64,000 nt of DNA from Phoronis australis (taxonomy: Eukaryota; Animalia; Phoronida). The notes under the pieces were generated by a model that was not told the origin of the DNA, did not search any database, and saw only the letters and a list, made by a program, of their open reading frames with translations. Positions 10,517-24,279 of the stretch are shown piece by piece (position 1 is the first letter of the stretch; each line of letters opens with the position of its first letter). The stretch lies in the NCBI GenBank assembly GCA_002633005.1, contig NMRA01000132.1, positions 372,001 through 436,000 of the forward strand. Reading direction: 5' to 3'. Position numbers and translations under genes: made by a program.

Positions 10517-13419
10517 ATCCGTATCTAAAACCTCGAGCTATGTTTAAAAAGCCAGACTGCTTTTAAGCCAAATGATTCTAAACTGGTACATTTTTATATT
10601 AAAAATGATAGCGACGTGCCCAGCAAGTGAAAATAAGGTGTAACTAATAGTTGTTCTTGTGAATTAACACATACGATGATTACATGGCACGCAATTACAG
10701 ATTATTTGTTTGAAATTTTCTCCAGGGACTACCCTGTACGGTAGAAGAGAAATTCATTTAGCATTCAACCACTAATTATCATTTTCATAGCACACTTGTG
10801 GAAATGCTGGAAATGAGCTTTGATCGTCCAAATTTGTCAATGAGGCAAAAATGCCCCCCTGTTACGTCCCCTCCGTTACACCATGTGGGATTTATCAAAA
10901 AAATTAATGCAAACTACATAATTTTGGGCATGTCACATGATATCATTTAGATTCATTTCTAATAAATACATGATTTGCTATTTGATTTCTTTACAAATTC
11001 TGAATCTGTTAGTTGGAAACTTTTCATAACACTTAACCAAGAGTGTCTCTCAAGTTCTCAGTTTTTTTTACAAACAATCCCTTAAATCACCAAGCAATCG
11101 AATGTACACCTTTTGAACAAACCGTGGCTTTAGAGGAGGAAATTGACTGCAGTGAGTTCACAACAAAAGGTGATGCATATGTGTGACTATTGAGTGCCAA
11201 TTTTAAGAACCCGATGCTGCATCTGGGCATACACTACAACACATGGACCGCCAACTCTGTATAGTCTCAATGGACAAAATCTGCGCCGTACGTACAAGAT
11301 GCGAATAACACTATAGGCTGTAATTTTCTTTTTGTACGGGTTTATGAGAACCATAAAAAACAAACTAGTCCTCTCACTGAACGGCGAGTGACATTCTACT
11401 TCTAGTAAACAACAAACGCATGCCAAACAACTTCTGTCCTGGGCTTAGACAGCGTCCACTGTCCCTAGTTGAACTGCAGACAGTATAGCTCCTATAGCAG
11501 CTATGCTTGAAGCTTTTCGGCGAATTATGCCTCACACTGACTAAAACATCCAAGCCACATTGTTATAAATACTTTTTGCATTCAGAGGGATACCATAAGA
11601 GGCCTTCGATGCCTTTCAACTCAAACAAATACTCCCGTAATCAAACTTTTTTCTTTGAGCAGTCCCTCATTCATTTCCCAATATTGGTAGCTGGGCATTT
11701 TTACGATGCACACGCTAGGGGATATGACATCATGTTGCTCCGACCAGTATTGGAATCTGGTCCATATTGGAATGACGTCATCATTCCAATACGGGAAGTA
11801 GTTTCTGACCCATACTGGAATAAGCAGCCACTGTCGTTTCGTTGCTCATGGTGTGTTGAAGTGTGTAGGATTTCTTGTGTTAAAATCGTGAGATATAAGG
11901 TATTTTAAACCAGAATTGCGTGAGGTTTAATCAGGGATTCTTTTCTGCAGTTTTTTTATTTGCCAAATCTGTTTCTTAGTGTTGTTAGACACGTATGTTG
12001 CATTGTTACAGATTTAATTTTCTTGACGTGTTTATCAGCTTATCAGGCCCCTTGGTTACTGCTGGTTTTAACTTTTATCTGTGTTGATGTCTACTTTTGT
12101 GGTTTATCTCATCAGTTAGGTTATACAAATGGGCACACACCATGAACAAATGGACAAATACCCTGTTGAAGCTGTGAAGGCTAACAATAACCGGTTCAGT
12201 CTCCGACAGAAATATGCAAGAATCCACAGGCGTCCTCAGCATTAGTTGAAGCGAAATGGCACATTTTGCACTCTACGCTTTGCCGTGAATGTTGGCGACT
12301 GAACTAGAAAAATCTGGAGGTACTTATGGTATTTATTAGTTTCGATGTCAACAAATGTAACTGGTGAACGTGTTGCTGTCGCAGGAAATGTTTGAATTAA
12401 ATAACTCTCACATTTGACATGCTTGGAGTTATTCCGGAAGTGCCCAGCAGGCAGCCATATTGGATAGCAGTTATATACCTTTCTCTTTATTTAGTGGAGG
12501 GCTGATAAAGGTGCCTGTGCTATCACTGTCTCGGTTAGCCTTGGTACAAAGCTGTGCACTAAATATGCAGCTTTGCACCAACATGGGTAAAAAAGTGGTA
12601 AGATGAAATCTGACACAAAATTAGTGTCATTAAAAACTACAGTCTTCCTTGAGTAAACAAAATTATTTAACGGTGTTGGAAAAAATAGCGTTCTACCGTT
12701 ATTCTGCTGCTAAAGTTGTGGGGTGATCTTTAACAACGGCTTTCGGCACCATGAAATATTGCATCACCTATTGGCCAGTTTCTTTTTTCGCCGATTCTTC
12801 AATCAGCTATTGTTCTTTCACGAGCTTGCATACACGTCACAACAAATTATTGGAACTGGTTTCACTTCATTATAAGTTTTTAGAATTTCGATACCCAAAA
12901 AAACGAATTTCAGAACAAATTTTTCTGCTGCGAAGTCATCACAAAAATTTAGGAAATATGGCACGCACACGTGACACAAGCGTACAGAGTGCCTATAGGA
13001 GCTGCATCGCCTCTGGTTCGGGCCAACAGAGGCGATGGTCATTGCCTAACGGGCAAGGTGTCGTTTGATTACCAGATTTTGCATGATGCACCCCGTCCGG
13101 TCTTTAGCTTTACATGTTGATACAAGTTTGACAGCGATGTGACATGCAGAACTACCCTGGCTGTGTGCAATTTTGGGGTCTACAGAAGAAATACACACAG
13201 TGGTACCTAGCTGTATTTTGACGATAGTCTTCATACAGCTACTCTACTGACTGAGCTAGCTGGCTGGCTATGTCTCGGTGTCTGTGCCGTGGAACAAGAA
13301 CATTGTAACATTCGGGACAAAACGCTTATATATGGACCAACTAGACGCATATATGAGAACGATCACAAACATAGTAAATTGCAACTGTAACGGGCATTCG
13401 CTCGGTCAACAAAACTCAC

Positions 13420-13510
13420 CAGAGGCAGAGGGAGTCCACCAAAATTTACGGCTCTGCGAGTAAAATGGATTGCTGATTTCCGGTGATTTCAAGACCAGCG
13501 ACCCTGGTGG
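13420..13510 (-). promoter_or_regulatory. Candidate promoter and non-coding first exon of NDRG
   Basis: Strong donor CTG|GTGAGT at 13420/13419, preceded on the minus strand by an ETS-like CCGGAAAT and a CTCF-like CCACCAGGGTCGCT. The ATG exon has its own acceptor, so an upstream exon is expected. TSS is not determinable. Confidence 0.45.
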
Positions 13511-13849
13511 ATGTGAGTGCAGTTACAGAGTAGCCACCGGGTGGCGTTGCTGCGCATGAACTTGGGTCCCGCGTTCCAAAACTGCATGACTACAGTTCAA
13601 TTTTTGACTAAGCCTAAAATTTGTCTCAACCTCAACACTGAAAGTTTCAAGTCCAGTAAGTTATTCAAGCTAAAAACAAAATTGAAGTCAAAAACTTAAG
13701 TAAAACTTAAAATCACTTTCTTGAAACAGACTGAAGAATGGCAAATTTTAACTAGTGAAGTTAAGCCCCTGCCCAGTAAATTTACCCAAGTTTGGTCCAT
13801 ACATTGAAAACGACTTTCCCATACAATTCCCTGAAACAAAATAATGCTC

Positions 13850-14130
13850 TACAATCCACGGCAACCCACAAAAGCTTGGAGAGAATTTGAAAACTCCTTT
13901 TTAGAGTCTACTGCACGGGCAAGCGTGACCTAGGCCTAGTACGCTTTTCAGAGAACTGCAGGGCAAAAGTGTAGGAAAGACCCGCTCCCACCAAGAACCG
14001 TTCAATCTGCGACCGTAGAAAGTATGAGTTTTTAGTTGATTTCTGTTTTTATCTTTCAAGATTGACTCCAGTGATGCGTTAGCAAGTGACAGAAGGATAA
14101 TTGGTTGAGATCTTCAAAAGAGGGTTTAGT
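13850..14130 (+). repeat. Unclassified dispersed repeat; second copy at ~21310-21600
   Basis: Colinear blocks AATTTGAA-ACTCCTTT, GGCAAGCGTG, GGAAAGACC, AAGATTGAC, GTTGA-ATC-TCAAAA in both places. Confidence 0.6.
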
Positions 14131-14189
14131 CAAGTGGCTTTGAAAATTGCTACTGAAAATTCAAGATTTATCTCAGCTTAGTCAATTTT

Positions 14190-14550
14190 CTTGGAATGGA
14201 CTCTTGCTTAATCCGACTCAAGATCGCGTGTGCGTGAAATTTGAATACACAAGGAAACTTGCTAAGTTCACTCAAATTATTACGTTTACGTTCATAAAAA
14301 TTTACAGAGTACTAAAGCAAATTACATGCTTAAATTTTAACCAATCTTTATTGACTTTCTTCAATCATTGGCGATGTTATTAACCCGACAAAGAATAATT
14401 AATTAATCATTCACATATTCCTCCGATTCCGTAAGGCTAATAACTGCAAAAAAATTTTACTCTGAACGCAAATTTTTACCTGATTGCCGTAATGAATATT
14501 TGAATCCAACTTCACGCACACGCGATGTTGAGATTAAGCGGGATTCCAAG
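14190..14550. repeat. Imperfect ~60-bp inverted repeat pair (foldback/MITE relic)
   Basis: CTCAAGATCGCGTGTGCGTGAA pairs with TTCACGCACACGCGATGTTGAG; outer CTTGGAAT/ATTCCAAG. Confidence 0.6.
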
Positions 14551-17500
14551 TCACGCACAGCACCGTGACTTTCTCGCCCACGAGTCGAGTCAAGCCGCAT
14601 GTACGACATACGAAAGGACAATATACCAGAAAAAAGTAAAACAAATTATCAAAGGCAAAGATTTGGCAATGCTTTTAATGCCAGGTATTAGAAGATAACG
14701 TCATGCTTTTTGTTGAAAAATGTCGCACTCTCAGTGGTTACGCCGAAAAGGTACTAGAAGAACACAATGCCAAACCTGAGAATGTCGGCCGGTCACATTG
14801 TACCATGACTAACTTACATTGTATGATTTATTGAAATGTTATTCTAGTATTATGAAATATTCATAAAGAATAGTAAATATTACACTAGTTTTATTAGCTA
14901 CGACTGGCTTTATTCCAATTTAACAGCCGCTTATCATTTTGAGGGTCTCCTGGATGCCGCGCCCGCCGGGGGCCTATACGTGTTTGGTCATTATACGTCG
15001 CTGAGTGAACGGGGCGGGCACTGCCAGGAAGGATGAAAGAAACAGGTAATAAAACTAAGTATAATATAACAGCCGATCAGACACGTCGCGCTTGCATTGC
15101 TCACTGTACGCGTTAACCTTTCGGTTTTCAGATAATTTGATAATTTCCGCCCAACTCGTTTTTTGAAAATCGGCTTAAATGATTCGAATTACCCTTCAGA
15201 GTAAGTAAAACGCGTCAAATTGAAGAAAACGCATTAAAATATAACACACCCTTTTAGAATGACATTTCCCCGTCACGTGCAAACGACAATTATGGGTGTC
15301 GTGAAATAAAATCTACGACGATTTGACGTTCTCAAAAATCTGTAACACTTTCTACTGTTAAAATAAATTCACAGGTTACGTTTAATTGATAAGAAACGCA
15401 CGTGTGTAAATTAGTGCTGGATCACTCGGTCAAAAGTGCCTTTACAAACTAATTTCTGTCATCTCATCACGTCTTCAGACGCCAACACCACCGACGTCCA
15501 AAAGTGTTGGATTTTGTTGTCATGCGTACTTTGAAAGGAACTTTCATTGAAATGATTGCTACTTGGTGAAAGTTTCAAGTCTTTTGCAGGTTATGACTTC
15601 ATTAGATATATACCAACTCTAACACGTCTTATATACATACTTAATTCTTTTCTAGAACAAATCAGCTGTCCTTAATAAGAGATGGCTGTACAATTTGAAT
15701 GTTGAATTTCCAAAATCCAAGGCGTCGAACGCGACCTGGTCAGCTGGTGCCAATTCACATCAGACGCCAATTATAGATTACTACCGAATATGAGAACCAT
15801 TTTCCCAACGAATAAAAACAGTGAATAATATTTTGGGCGCGTTTACTGACTTTGGCGCCGATCAGTCTTATTCAAATGATCGCCTTGTGGAAACCTCACG
15901 TAGCATGGTATCAAGACATCGGCTGGGTGTTCCAATTTCACGTATGGATTTTGTACACAGGAAAACTTTACGTTAGCAACTTCTGAAAGGTTGGCTACAG
16001 TGCTGGTATCAAGTAAGGTACCCATTCCGGCGAAAGCCTTTAATTTCGTCTAACGACCTCAGATTGGCTTGTAAGTGGGTTGAAATTTTCATCTGTAATA
16101 AGTTAAATCAATTCAATGTCTTGACAAAACGAATTAGCCTACAGAAGAGCGTATGCTATTTGTCAATCAAACCATTTTCAATATTTCTTAATGCATATAT
16201 TAATCGTTGGACAGACATTACGGAGGATAATCGACCACGGAGCAACCCAATTTTAAGGCAATAATATTTCAGAAGCTGACAATATGTCGCTCCTCCGCTT
16301 GCCTATGAACGCGATGAAAACCTAAATCGCGTAGATTTGGGTACGAGTGTAGAAACGGGGCTTTAGAATGGTTGGGCAATCGGATCTTGATGGCATTATC
16401 CTTTTACATTCATTTTCATTCTTCATGTTACTCCCGTCCACACTGACACAAATATGATGAGTGTGCTGCGGCTTTTATCTCCAGTGAAGTTACTAATTTT
16501 GGAAAGCGAGTTTTGTATAATTATGCAACTGATTGACTGAGATTTTATGATTTAACTCAGCGAGCGATTTCAATTGGTTAATCAGTCAGATTTGAAACAT
16601 TATAAGCGTTCCAGAAGCACCGACGGTTAAGATTATGGAGGACCCACCGTATGTCGAAATGTGGCAAATTTCGGATCGTCATATCTTAGAAAATAGCTGA
16701 TCAGATTTACACGAAAATTTCCAGATACCATGCTTTGTGTACTGTTCTCCAAAACGCAGTTAGGAATTCCTCTTATGCGTGAACTAGGGTCTATCAAAAA
16801 TAGGACTTTCACTTCGATTAAAATGAAAACAAAATGATAATTTAGAAAATTGCCGTACCAGCGTTTTGGAGATTTAGTAGTGAACATTTACATCAAATTA
16901 AATTCTGTCGTGTAATTGTTGCTGTTGTTTTGCTAAGGGGCGTAGCTTTCTTTTATGCAAAATTTTACTAAAAATACATGGTCACTAGACCGAACTAATG
17001 ATAGATCAAGCATCAACACCTGCATGCTTTGTACTTTCAGAAAACATGTATTTTCCTGTGTTACAATAAAATCTATGGTTTTGCAAGCACTTGGCAGTAT
17101 ACACAGTCTATAGTCGATAAGAGCCCGCGTAATCTTCATAAAAGTGTAAAGCAAATTAAAACTAGACTCGAATGTCAAGCTACGGAAGACAGGAGATGGA
17201 TGCAAATTCACCCGACTGCCAGGCTACCCGAACTTGGTCGGTATTTATGGAAAAGGTCAACACATCACGCACCACAGTCCATCGCATGATTTCATCCAAG
17301 CCCAAATATACACTCTATTGAGAATTTACTCATGATCCAATGTGCTTCGTCTCTTCGCCTCTTTTTCCTCGCACACGCACTCAGGGGTTTAGCCCTGGGC
17401 TTTTCCAAACGGGCTTCGATCAGGTCGATTTCTACTAAAATGACACAAACACAGCAAATACCTCTGTTTATAGCTCTGATCAAAGCGGGTAATAACCTTA

Positions 17501-18569
17501 GAAGTCAATCATGCCCAAAATAACCCCCCGTGAGATTTTTGTCCGTAAAAACACAATTTTACATTTGGTATGAATGAATATCATTCATAAAACAAAACAA
17601 AAGAAGCAATAGTGAAATTTGAGTGCTATCAGAATAGTAGGGTCATGTCCCAACTAATACTCAGCTAACACAAGACTGAATCTCGCTTGGATGACGATCG
17701 CTATTGAGTTGATAGCCTAAAGATGTCGCTGTGAATATCGCAGGATAAATTTTCAATGAAAATGTTTCGATTGCACTCCGTTTGAGAAGCGTAGAAGCTA
17801 ACCGTTTGAACAGACCCGCAGTATATAACGATCAATGGAAATGACGGGGGAACCCGCGCCGTATGACATACAGGCCCGTCTGAGATACATGTAGACCCGG
17901 GTCGATTCCATAACCCTAGTGCCTCGCTACTGCCGGAGAAGCGAGATTTCATCGCGAGAGTCGTCGTGTATTTTCAATGAGAGCACGTGATTTGGGCTAG
18001 ATTTTTCCATGAAAGACAGTAAAATTTTCGATTTAGAAATACCACTTCAATTATAGCATTTTATTGAAATGAATTTCAAAAAAACTCAAGTTTGTAAATG
18101 TGCTGCTTATTGCTTCTCTTCTGCTGTGCCACATGCCTTAAGGAAGAGTTGATCACCGTTACAGTTGGCGCCGGGGTCACTTTCGGCTCGGACCCACAGA
18201 CGGCCACCAGCGAAACCCTATGAAAGGGTGAAATTTTCAACGAAGCTCTCCGGCAACAAATTTACTCATTTGAATCGTGTTAACTCTCTAAAAACATGGG
18301 TATCTCTTAATTTCCAAACAGAAAACCCACATCAAAAACACAGAGGTGTTCGTAAGCTTCATGGAACCGCAGGCTTTCAGTAGTGAAACGATACATGTGG
18401 GCATAGACATAGGTCTATAGCGAGTTTGCGAGGATCGCACTGGCAGTTGGTGCGCGCAATATTTAAGAACTTCTTAATATTGGTGTTGAACAACTCCTAT
18501 TTCTGAAAGAGTGCCGACGGGTGCCCCGGGAAAGGGTACTGGGATTGACCGCAGCCGTTTCTAAAAAAC

Positions 18570-18781
18570 CATGCGCGCACCAATTAAGGGGGGGGGNNNN
18601 NNNNNNNNNNNNNNNNNNNNNNNNNNNNNNNNNNNNNNNNNNNNNNNNNNNNNNNNNNNNNNNNNNNNNNNNNNNNNNNNNNNNNNNNNNNNNNNNNNNN
18701 NNNNNNNNNNNNNNNNNNNNNNNNNNNNNNNNNNNNNNNNNNNNNNNNNNNNNNCCCCCCCCCCCTCATATTGCGCGCATG
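18570..18781. mobile_element. MITE with CATGCGCGCA TIRs spanning an assembly gap (N 18597-18754)
   Basis: 10-bp TIR, 5-bp TSD aaaac, G-run and C-run on either side of the gap. Confidence 0.65.
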
Positions 18782-19187
18782 AAAACTATATCAACCACTC
18801 CTACTAAACTACAGTAAATCGCGGCTTTGCCTAAGCACTTCATCACCCTGTCGTGCGATGGTCATGCTGTGAAGCTCGTTAACTGACTTACTCAGAGCTC
18901 AGTTGTGAAGTTGAATGGGCTGATCAACTATATACTTTCTGTCACAATATAATGGATAACGCATTTAAATAGTGTCATTCTAGAAAACGGGTGCCCGCGT
19001 GACAAGCTTACTATGATGCGCAAGTACCACGTGCGCAAAGTAAGCTGATTTCGAACGTTTGAGTCACTTGGCCTGCGGCAACGATGACTTGCTGACAGTA
19101 GACGGTATTCAAATAGGCCTACTGGATTTTCGAGGCGCCAGCAATCACGAGAACAAAAAGACAGTCTTGTCCTCGTTGCTCTCAGTC

Positions 19188-19275
19188 ATGACGCACTGGT
19201 GGATCAATGTGACATTCCTGGCTTGCGTCTACTGCCTGCTGACAATACCGTGCACCGGTCAAACCTCCTTGAAAG
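19188..19275 (+). CDS. First coding exon of an unidentified secreted or membrane protein (MTHWWINVTFLACVYCLLTIPCTG-QTSLK)
   Basis: GTCATGA start context, hydrophobic core with small residues at -3/-1 (C-T-G), consensus donor AAG|GTAAGC in phase 1 as is typical after signal-peptide exons, CpG-rich surroundings. Confidence 0.65.
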
Positions 19276-19484
19276 GTAAGCTGAAACTACTAGTAAACGT
19301 GTTTAGCCTTAGCCGAGGAGGCTAACTCGCTAACTGTCACTGACTGTCAGATCCGCCTGAGGGTTCCAGACCAACGGGTCCGGCTGAACCATGGTCGCAT
19401 CCCTCGCAATCTGTGCATGAATTTCGTAAACTGGTACTAGGATGTGTTTTAGTCTTGATGCAAAACTGCAATCTTCAATACAGC

Positions 19485-19590
19485 TAGGCAACAAGTAGCC
19501 CGGCCCTCGCTTGGCCGTTTAGTAGGCAACACGTAGCCCCTCGGTTGGCCGGTTAGTAGGCAACACGTAGCCCCTCGGTTGGCCGGTTAG
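19485..19590 (+). repeat. 34-bp minisatellite, 3 copies
   Basis: TAGGCAACACGTAGCCCCTCGGTTGGCCGGTTAG twice plus one variant. Confidence 0.85.
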
Positions 19591-20740
19591 GGGCTACAAT
19601 ACTTCCCATCGCTTTCTGAAAGCATTTCGTGCCGTGTATTTTAAACGGCCACCGATTAAGAGTTTTCACCTCGTCAAAAATACATTCTACACTATCCCTT
19701 AAAAATGAGCTTACTTTCTTGAGTGATCCTTTCTGCCTCTACACATATCTTTTTCCGATGAAGCATATCTACTAGAATTAAGGTGGCTTTGGAGAAGAAT
19801 TCCAACTCCACTTTTTGGTTATCGTTAACTTTTTCACCGCGCGCGCGATAACCATAAAATATTTCCACTGAGTCACGTGAGTTAGGCTAAGGCTAGCGCG
19901 AGACTGAGCGAAGCGCGTGACCTGGCGCGTGACACTTGAAAATAGCATGGGAAGATACCAGGTGGAATTTGTGTGTTTTGTGTGGCTTGGGCTTTTTGTT
20001 CGTTAACAGGCGTGATTTCTCGTAGCTTCCTCAAAGTGGCACCCCGTGAGAGAAACTCAAGCGAACCGCGACAGATTTTCATGGATCATATAACTCCATG
20101 TGCATTTATGCATGTTTCATTCGATTTTATTTGCTGTATTTTGAAATGCGTAACTTTTTATGGGGATGTAGGCTACTATCGCCCCTGTATGCCTGCGACA
20201 CCCAGGGCGATGTAATTGCCTAGCCGGTTAGGGGCTACAATACTTCCCATCGCTTTCTGTACGAATTTCGTCCCGTGTATTTTAAACGGGCGGTAGGCCA
20301 AATCCGAATTTTAGGGGGGCATGGCCCCCTTGGCCCCCCCTCTAAACCCCCCACTGGTTAGGCAAAGGCTAGCGCGAGACTGAACGAAGCGCGTGATGCT
20401 GGCTTGTGACACTTGTAAAATAGCATGGGAAAGTATCAGGTGAAATTTGTAAGATTTGTATCCCTTGGACCATTTATTCGTAAACATGCATGATTTCAAC
20501 GTCCTCAAAATGGCACTCGGTAAGAGAAACTCGAGCAAATCGCGACAGGTTTTCATCGATGTGTTCAAATTATCGTGACTGAATCGTCTCCAGACTTATG
20601 GTGTGTGTTAATTATAACTCCATGTGCATATATGCACGATTCATTTGATTTTATTTCCTGTACTTTGCAATTCGTAACTTTTTGTGGGGATGTACTATCG
20701 CCCCTGTATGCCTACGGCATCCCGGCAGTGCGATGTAATT
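19581..20740 (+). repeat. Diverged tandem duplication (~640-bp unit); second copy partly replaced by half a hAT-like MITE (20306-20356)
   Basis: Units start GCCGGTTAGGGGCTACAATACTTCCCATCGCTTTCTG (19581, 20223) and end GCGATGTAATTG. Confidence 0.8.
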
Positions 20741-21990
20741 GTTTACAATTATACAGCTAGCTGGCTGGTTAGATGTGTTCATACCTCAGTTCAGAAGTTC
20801 AGTCATAGATCACGGTCCAGGATTCAAACCGGTACGCAAGTTTTTCGCCCTGGATTGCTGCCTAGTTTTAGCCAACTGTAGTCGAGCCTCTAGTTTTTTA
20901 AATTTCCCATCGGCCCGGATTTTCCATGGCACACGTAGATATTGCTAATGGTTGATCCTACATATGACTGTATGCATAACTGAACTGACGGATAGCTTAC
21001 AACATAACAAAAGCGTTACGTATACATGTACATTTTTTTTGGTAAATAGTGAAAACACTCTGTATCTCATGTTACTTTATCAAACCTGTAAAATTAGTGA
21101 ATGCCTGTATTACATCGTGTATAATTCGGGGATTGGAAATTGCTACCGGAGCTTTTGTTACTAGAAAAGTTGGAGGTACTGGTTAGAGAACTGGCTTTTT
21201 AAACGACGTGAACGCACTGCCTATGAGAGTTAAAATGATACCAAACCCGGTTTTGACCTATTAATAGATATTAAAAACGACATTCCCATCTAGTTCTTTG
21301 CAGCAATATAATGCCCTGTAACCCTCGACAAGTCTCAAAAGTTTGGAGGAAAATTTGAATACTCCTTTCAAAGTCTACAAAACTGGCAAGCGTGGCTTAC
21401 GCTTTTATCGAATTACAGTGCACTACGACTCTGGGGAAAGACCACCCACCGAGAACCATAATATGCAACCTATGACAAAGGGTGCAGGCGTTTTTAACTG
21501 ATTCCTCGATGCTTTTGTCTTTAAAGATTGACGTCAATGATACTGCATTAGCAGGTAACAGAACGAGGAATGGTTGAAATCATCAAAACGGGGTTTGGTG
21601 TCCTTTTAACGAAAAATTCCACATATCAGAGAATAAATTTAAATACACGTTCACGGTTTTGAACGACAGTCACAAAATTCTATCTTGACTTGACACTAAC
21701 TTCAGTAATGGTCCATTTAATGTTAATGTAAAATCTATTTAAATAGACTAATTGATATAAAAGTTATCGGTTATTGAACTTGATTTGCGTTGTTGCATCA
21801 TTCAGTTCATATGTCTTTCAATTACATGCAACGATAATTAGCCCGATTTGAGTAATAATCTCCGAATTCAATTTAAGCACGGCTTCAGTGGATCACAGCG
21901 GTATATAGATTAACTGAGCGTGAGTCCGAAATCGTAATGTAGCAGTGAAATCCACTGAAAGTGATCTTACAAAAGATCATGTAAAAGTCG

Positions 21991-22827
21991 TTTTTATGCG
22001 CTCACATATTTATGTGGACGCATTATGCCGTCATGTCCGTCCGTCCGTCCGTCCGGGCGGCGTCCGTCCGGCGTCCGGCGTCCGCTGCTTTATCTCCAAA
22101 ACCCTTTGACATACGTTCATGAAATTTGGCACATATGTTCCATTCATGAATGGGACGGCATGTGCAAACTTTCGGACGGATCCGACTACCGGTGTGCCCC
22201 CTAGTGGCAATTTTAGTTTTTTACGCTTACCTTTGTATCTTCAAAAGTCCTGAACGGATTTTCATGAAATTTGGTATGTAGGCACCTATTAGTGCGATGA
22301 CGCTATCCTCCCGTTTTCGGATGGATTCGACCTAGTTTGCGACACCCAGTGGCCATTTTTACTGTTTTTGAGTCTGTTTTTTGGCGTCCACCCCTCTATC
22401 AACCAAACCGCTCTAAGTATGATTGTGAAAATTGGCATGTATGTTCTTACTATGAAGAGGACGGTTGACGCTGAATTTCCCAGGACTTTGATTACTGTGG
22501 CGCCTCTTAGTGGCAGTTTTTTTTTTGCGCCCATGGCTGTATCTCCCAAACCGTTTGCAGGATCTTTACTAAATTTAGCAAGTGTATTTATGTGATGTTG
22601 ACAACGGACGATGACGACTTTAGGATGATTCTGACTACCGGTATGCCTCTAGTGGCAAATTTAGTATTTTCTATTTAAGAAGCAATGATATGTTCCCCTT
22701 TTCGGATGGATTGTATGTTTTTGCGCCATCTAGTAGCCATTTTTATGACAGAAATAAACAACCCTAAAAGCACGCCATTTGCGATGCATTCGTGGGCGCA
22801 TTTCAACGCCCAGCGTTGCTCTTGTTT
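21991..22827 (+). mobile_element. Full-length Helentron-associated non-autonomous element (HINE/DINE-1-like)
   Basis: T-run start, subterminal inverted repeats ATGCGC(T/C)CAC and GTGGGCGCAT, (GTCC)n microsatellite, internal ~150-bp repeats, 3' hairpin CAACGC-CCA-GCGTTG, T-rich insertion site with no TSD. Confidence 0.8.
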
Positions 22828-23917
22828 AAAATGAAACCTGTTTTAGGGGACCTCTACTGGGGATTTCTGGTGGAAAGAATGTATACTGGAAACAAACGGT
22901 TCTTTTTTATCTTTGTGGTACTCTCAAAAAAAAAACGGGGGAGGGGCGAATCCGGGAACGGAAAGCCTGTAGGTGGAAAACGCATAATGAAATATACGGT
23001 AAAGTCGCAAGATTTTCGGACAGCCTGCCGTTTTGGGACAAATTCTCGTGTCCTTTGCTAATGCTGTTGTGGCTAAAAACTCCCGACGACATGTCCGGAT
23101 TTTATCCATGATGCCATGAGAAAAAAATTTTGTACTGGCCCCGTACTCAATACAGGCATGTCTGCCCGTCGGATATCGTGCGTTCAAAATAAAGTGATTG
23201 GCAGCAGCCGACTGAGACGGAGTCAAAGCAGAGCTGGTTACGTAGCGAACATGATAATTAGGTCGCGCACCGCGTGCGCCCGGCCGATGCTGCGTCGTGC
23301 ACGGGAGATTTTATGCTGCTCTTGTCTGCAATGAGTGGAAACTTTGTGCAGTCGTTCTGGGCTTGCTTGATAATTTTCAATGGGACAGGTTTAAGCAGTA
23401 AGGAATGAGTCGGCACTGACTTCATACAGCATTCGATGCTTCTGCCATCGCAATTTTTGCGTTGCCACGAAATTGTTTATTAAAAATCTGTTACAGTTCA
23501 AATATCTTTCATTTTTCGGTGTACAGTTGTTAATATGTTCTTGGTAGTACTCATTTGCATAAGAATGCCGTTGCGTACGTGTTCAGCAGTACAAACCCCT
23601 GCACAAATGGCGCGCTGCGCACACGCAATTGTTACAGAGACGCTGCATCCTTGTGTTATGTTGTGTAAGTGCCCATTCGCCCGCAAAATGCTTTGCTCTG
23701 TACTATAACACAGATAAAAAACTAATGTTATACATGCATATAACCACGCTTCCGACACTGCACTTAAAAAATTCCCTGTTGTTGTCTGTTATACATCAAA
23801 GATGCAATAATCTCGCTAAAGAAGGTAGTGTGATCGTGTGCTTCGCTTGTAATGCCAGACAAGATCTCGCGAAGTCTTCTTTGGCCGGTTGCATGAAACA
23901 GACCCAGATAGGGACTC

Positions 23918-24279
23918 AACTAAGGTCCCTAAGTCTTTTTGGGTATTGGTGTCTTTATGGACTCACAGATGCAATGTTTTTCTATCATTTCATCTTTGTT
24001 ATGAGCTCTTCTTTGATTAATGACATTTTCTAATAATATAACTAAAAACTGAGCCCTGAGTTCATTGAAAATAAATAGAGACTCAGTCCTTAAATTGGAG
24101 ATGTTGCAAGAAAAGATCCTTACTTATTTTCGATAATTTTGACAATTCAACGTAGAGTTCACTCTTGATTTGTATCCAAGTCAAAAGTTGACTTAGTAAT
24201 GAAGCAAAAACAATACAAGAAAGGGCAATCGATGTTTTCACAAGTCCAAAAATACGCAGTAGATTTAGGGACCTTAGTT
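23918..24279. repeat. MITE-like element with 19-bp inverted ends
   Basis: AACTAAGGTCCCTAAGTCT versus AGATTTAGGGACCTTAGTT (one mismatch). Confidence 0.5.

Noticed and set aside
15000-19100. Hypoxia response elements for NDRG
   Set aside because: RCGTG/CACGTG motifs are too short and frequent to call without conservation or binding data.
19485-19590. CRISPR-like appearance of 34-bp repeats (also the ~55-bp pairs in Kolobok copies)
   Set aside because: Repeats are contiguous without unique spacers, there are no cas genes and the context is eukaryotic.
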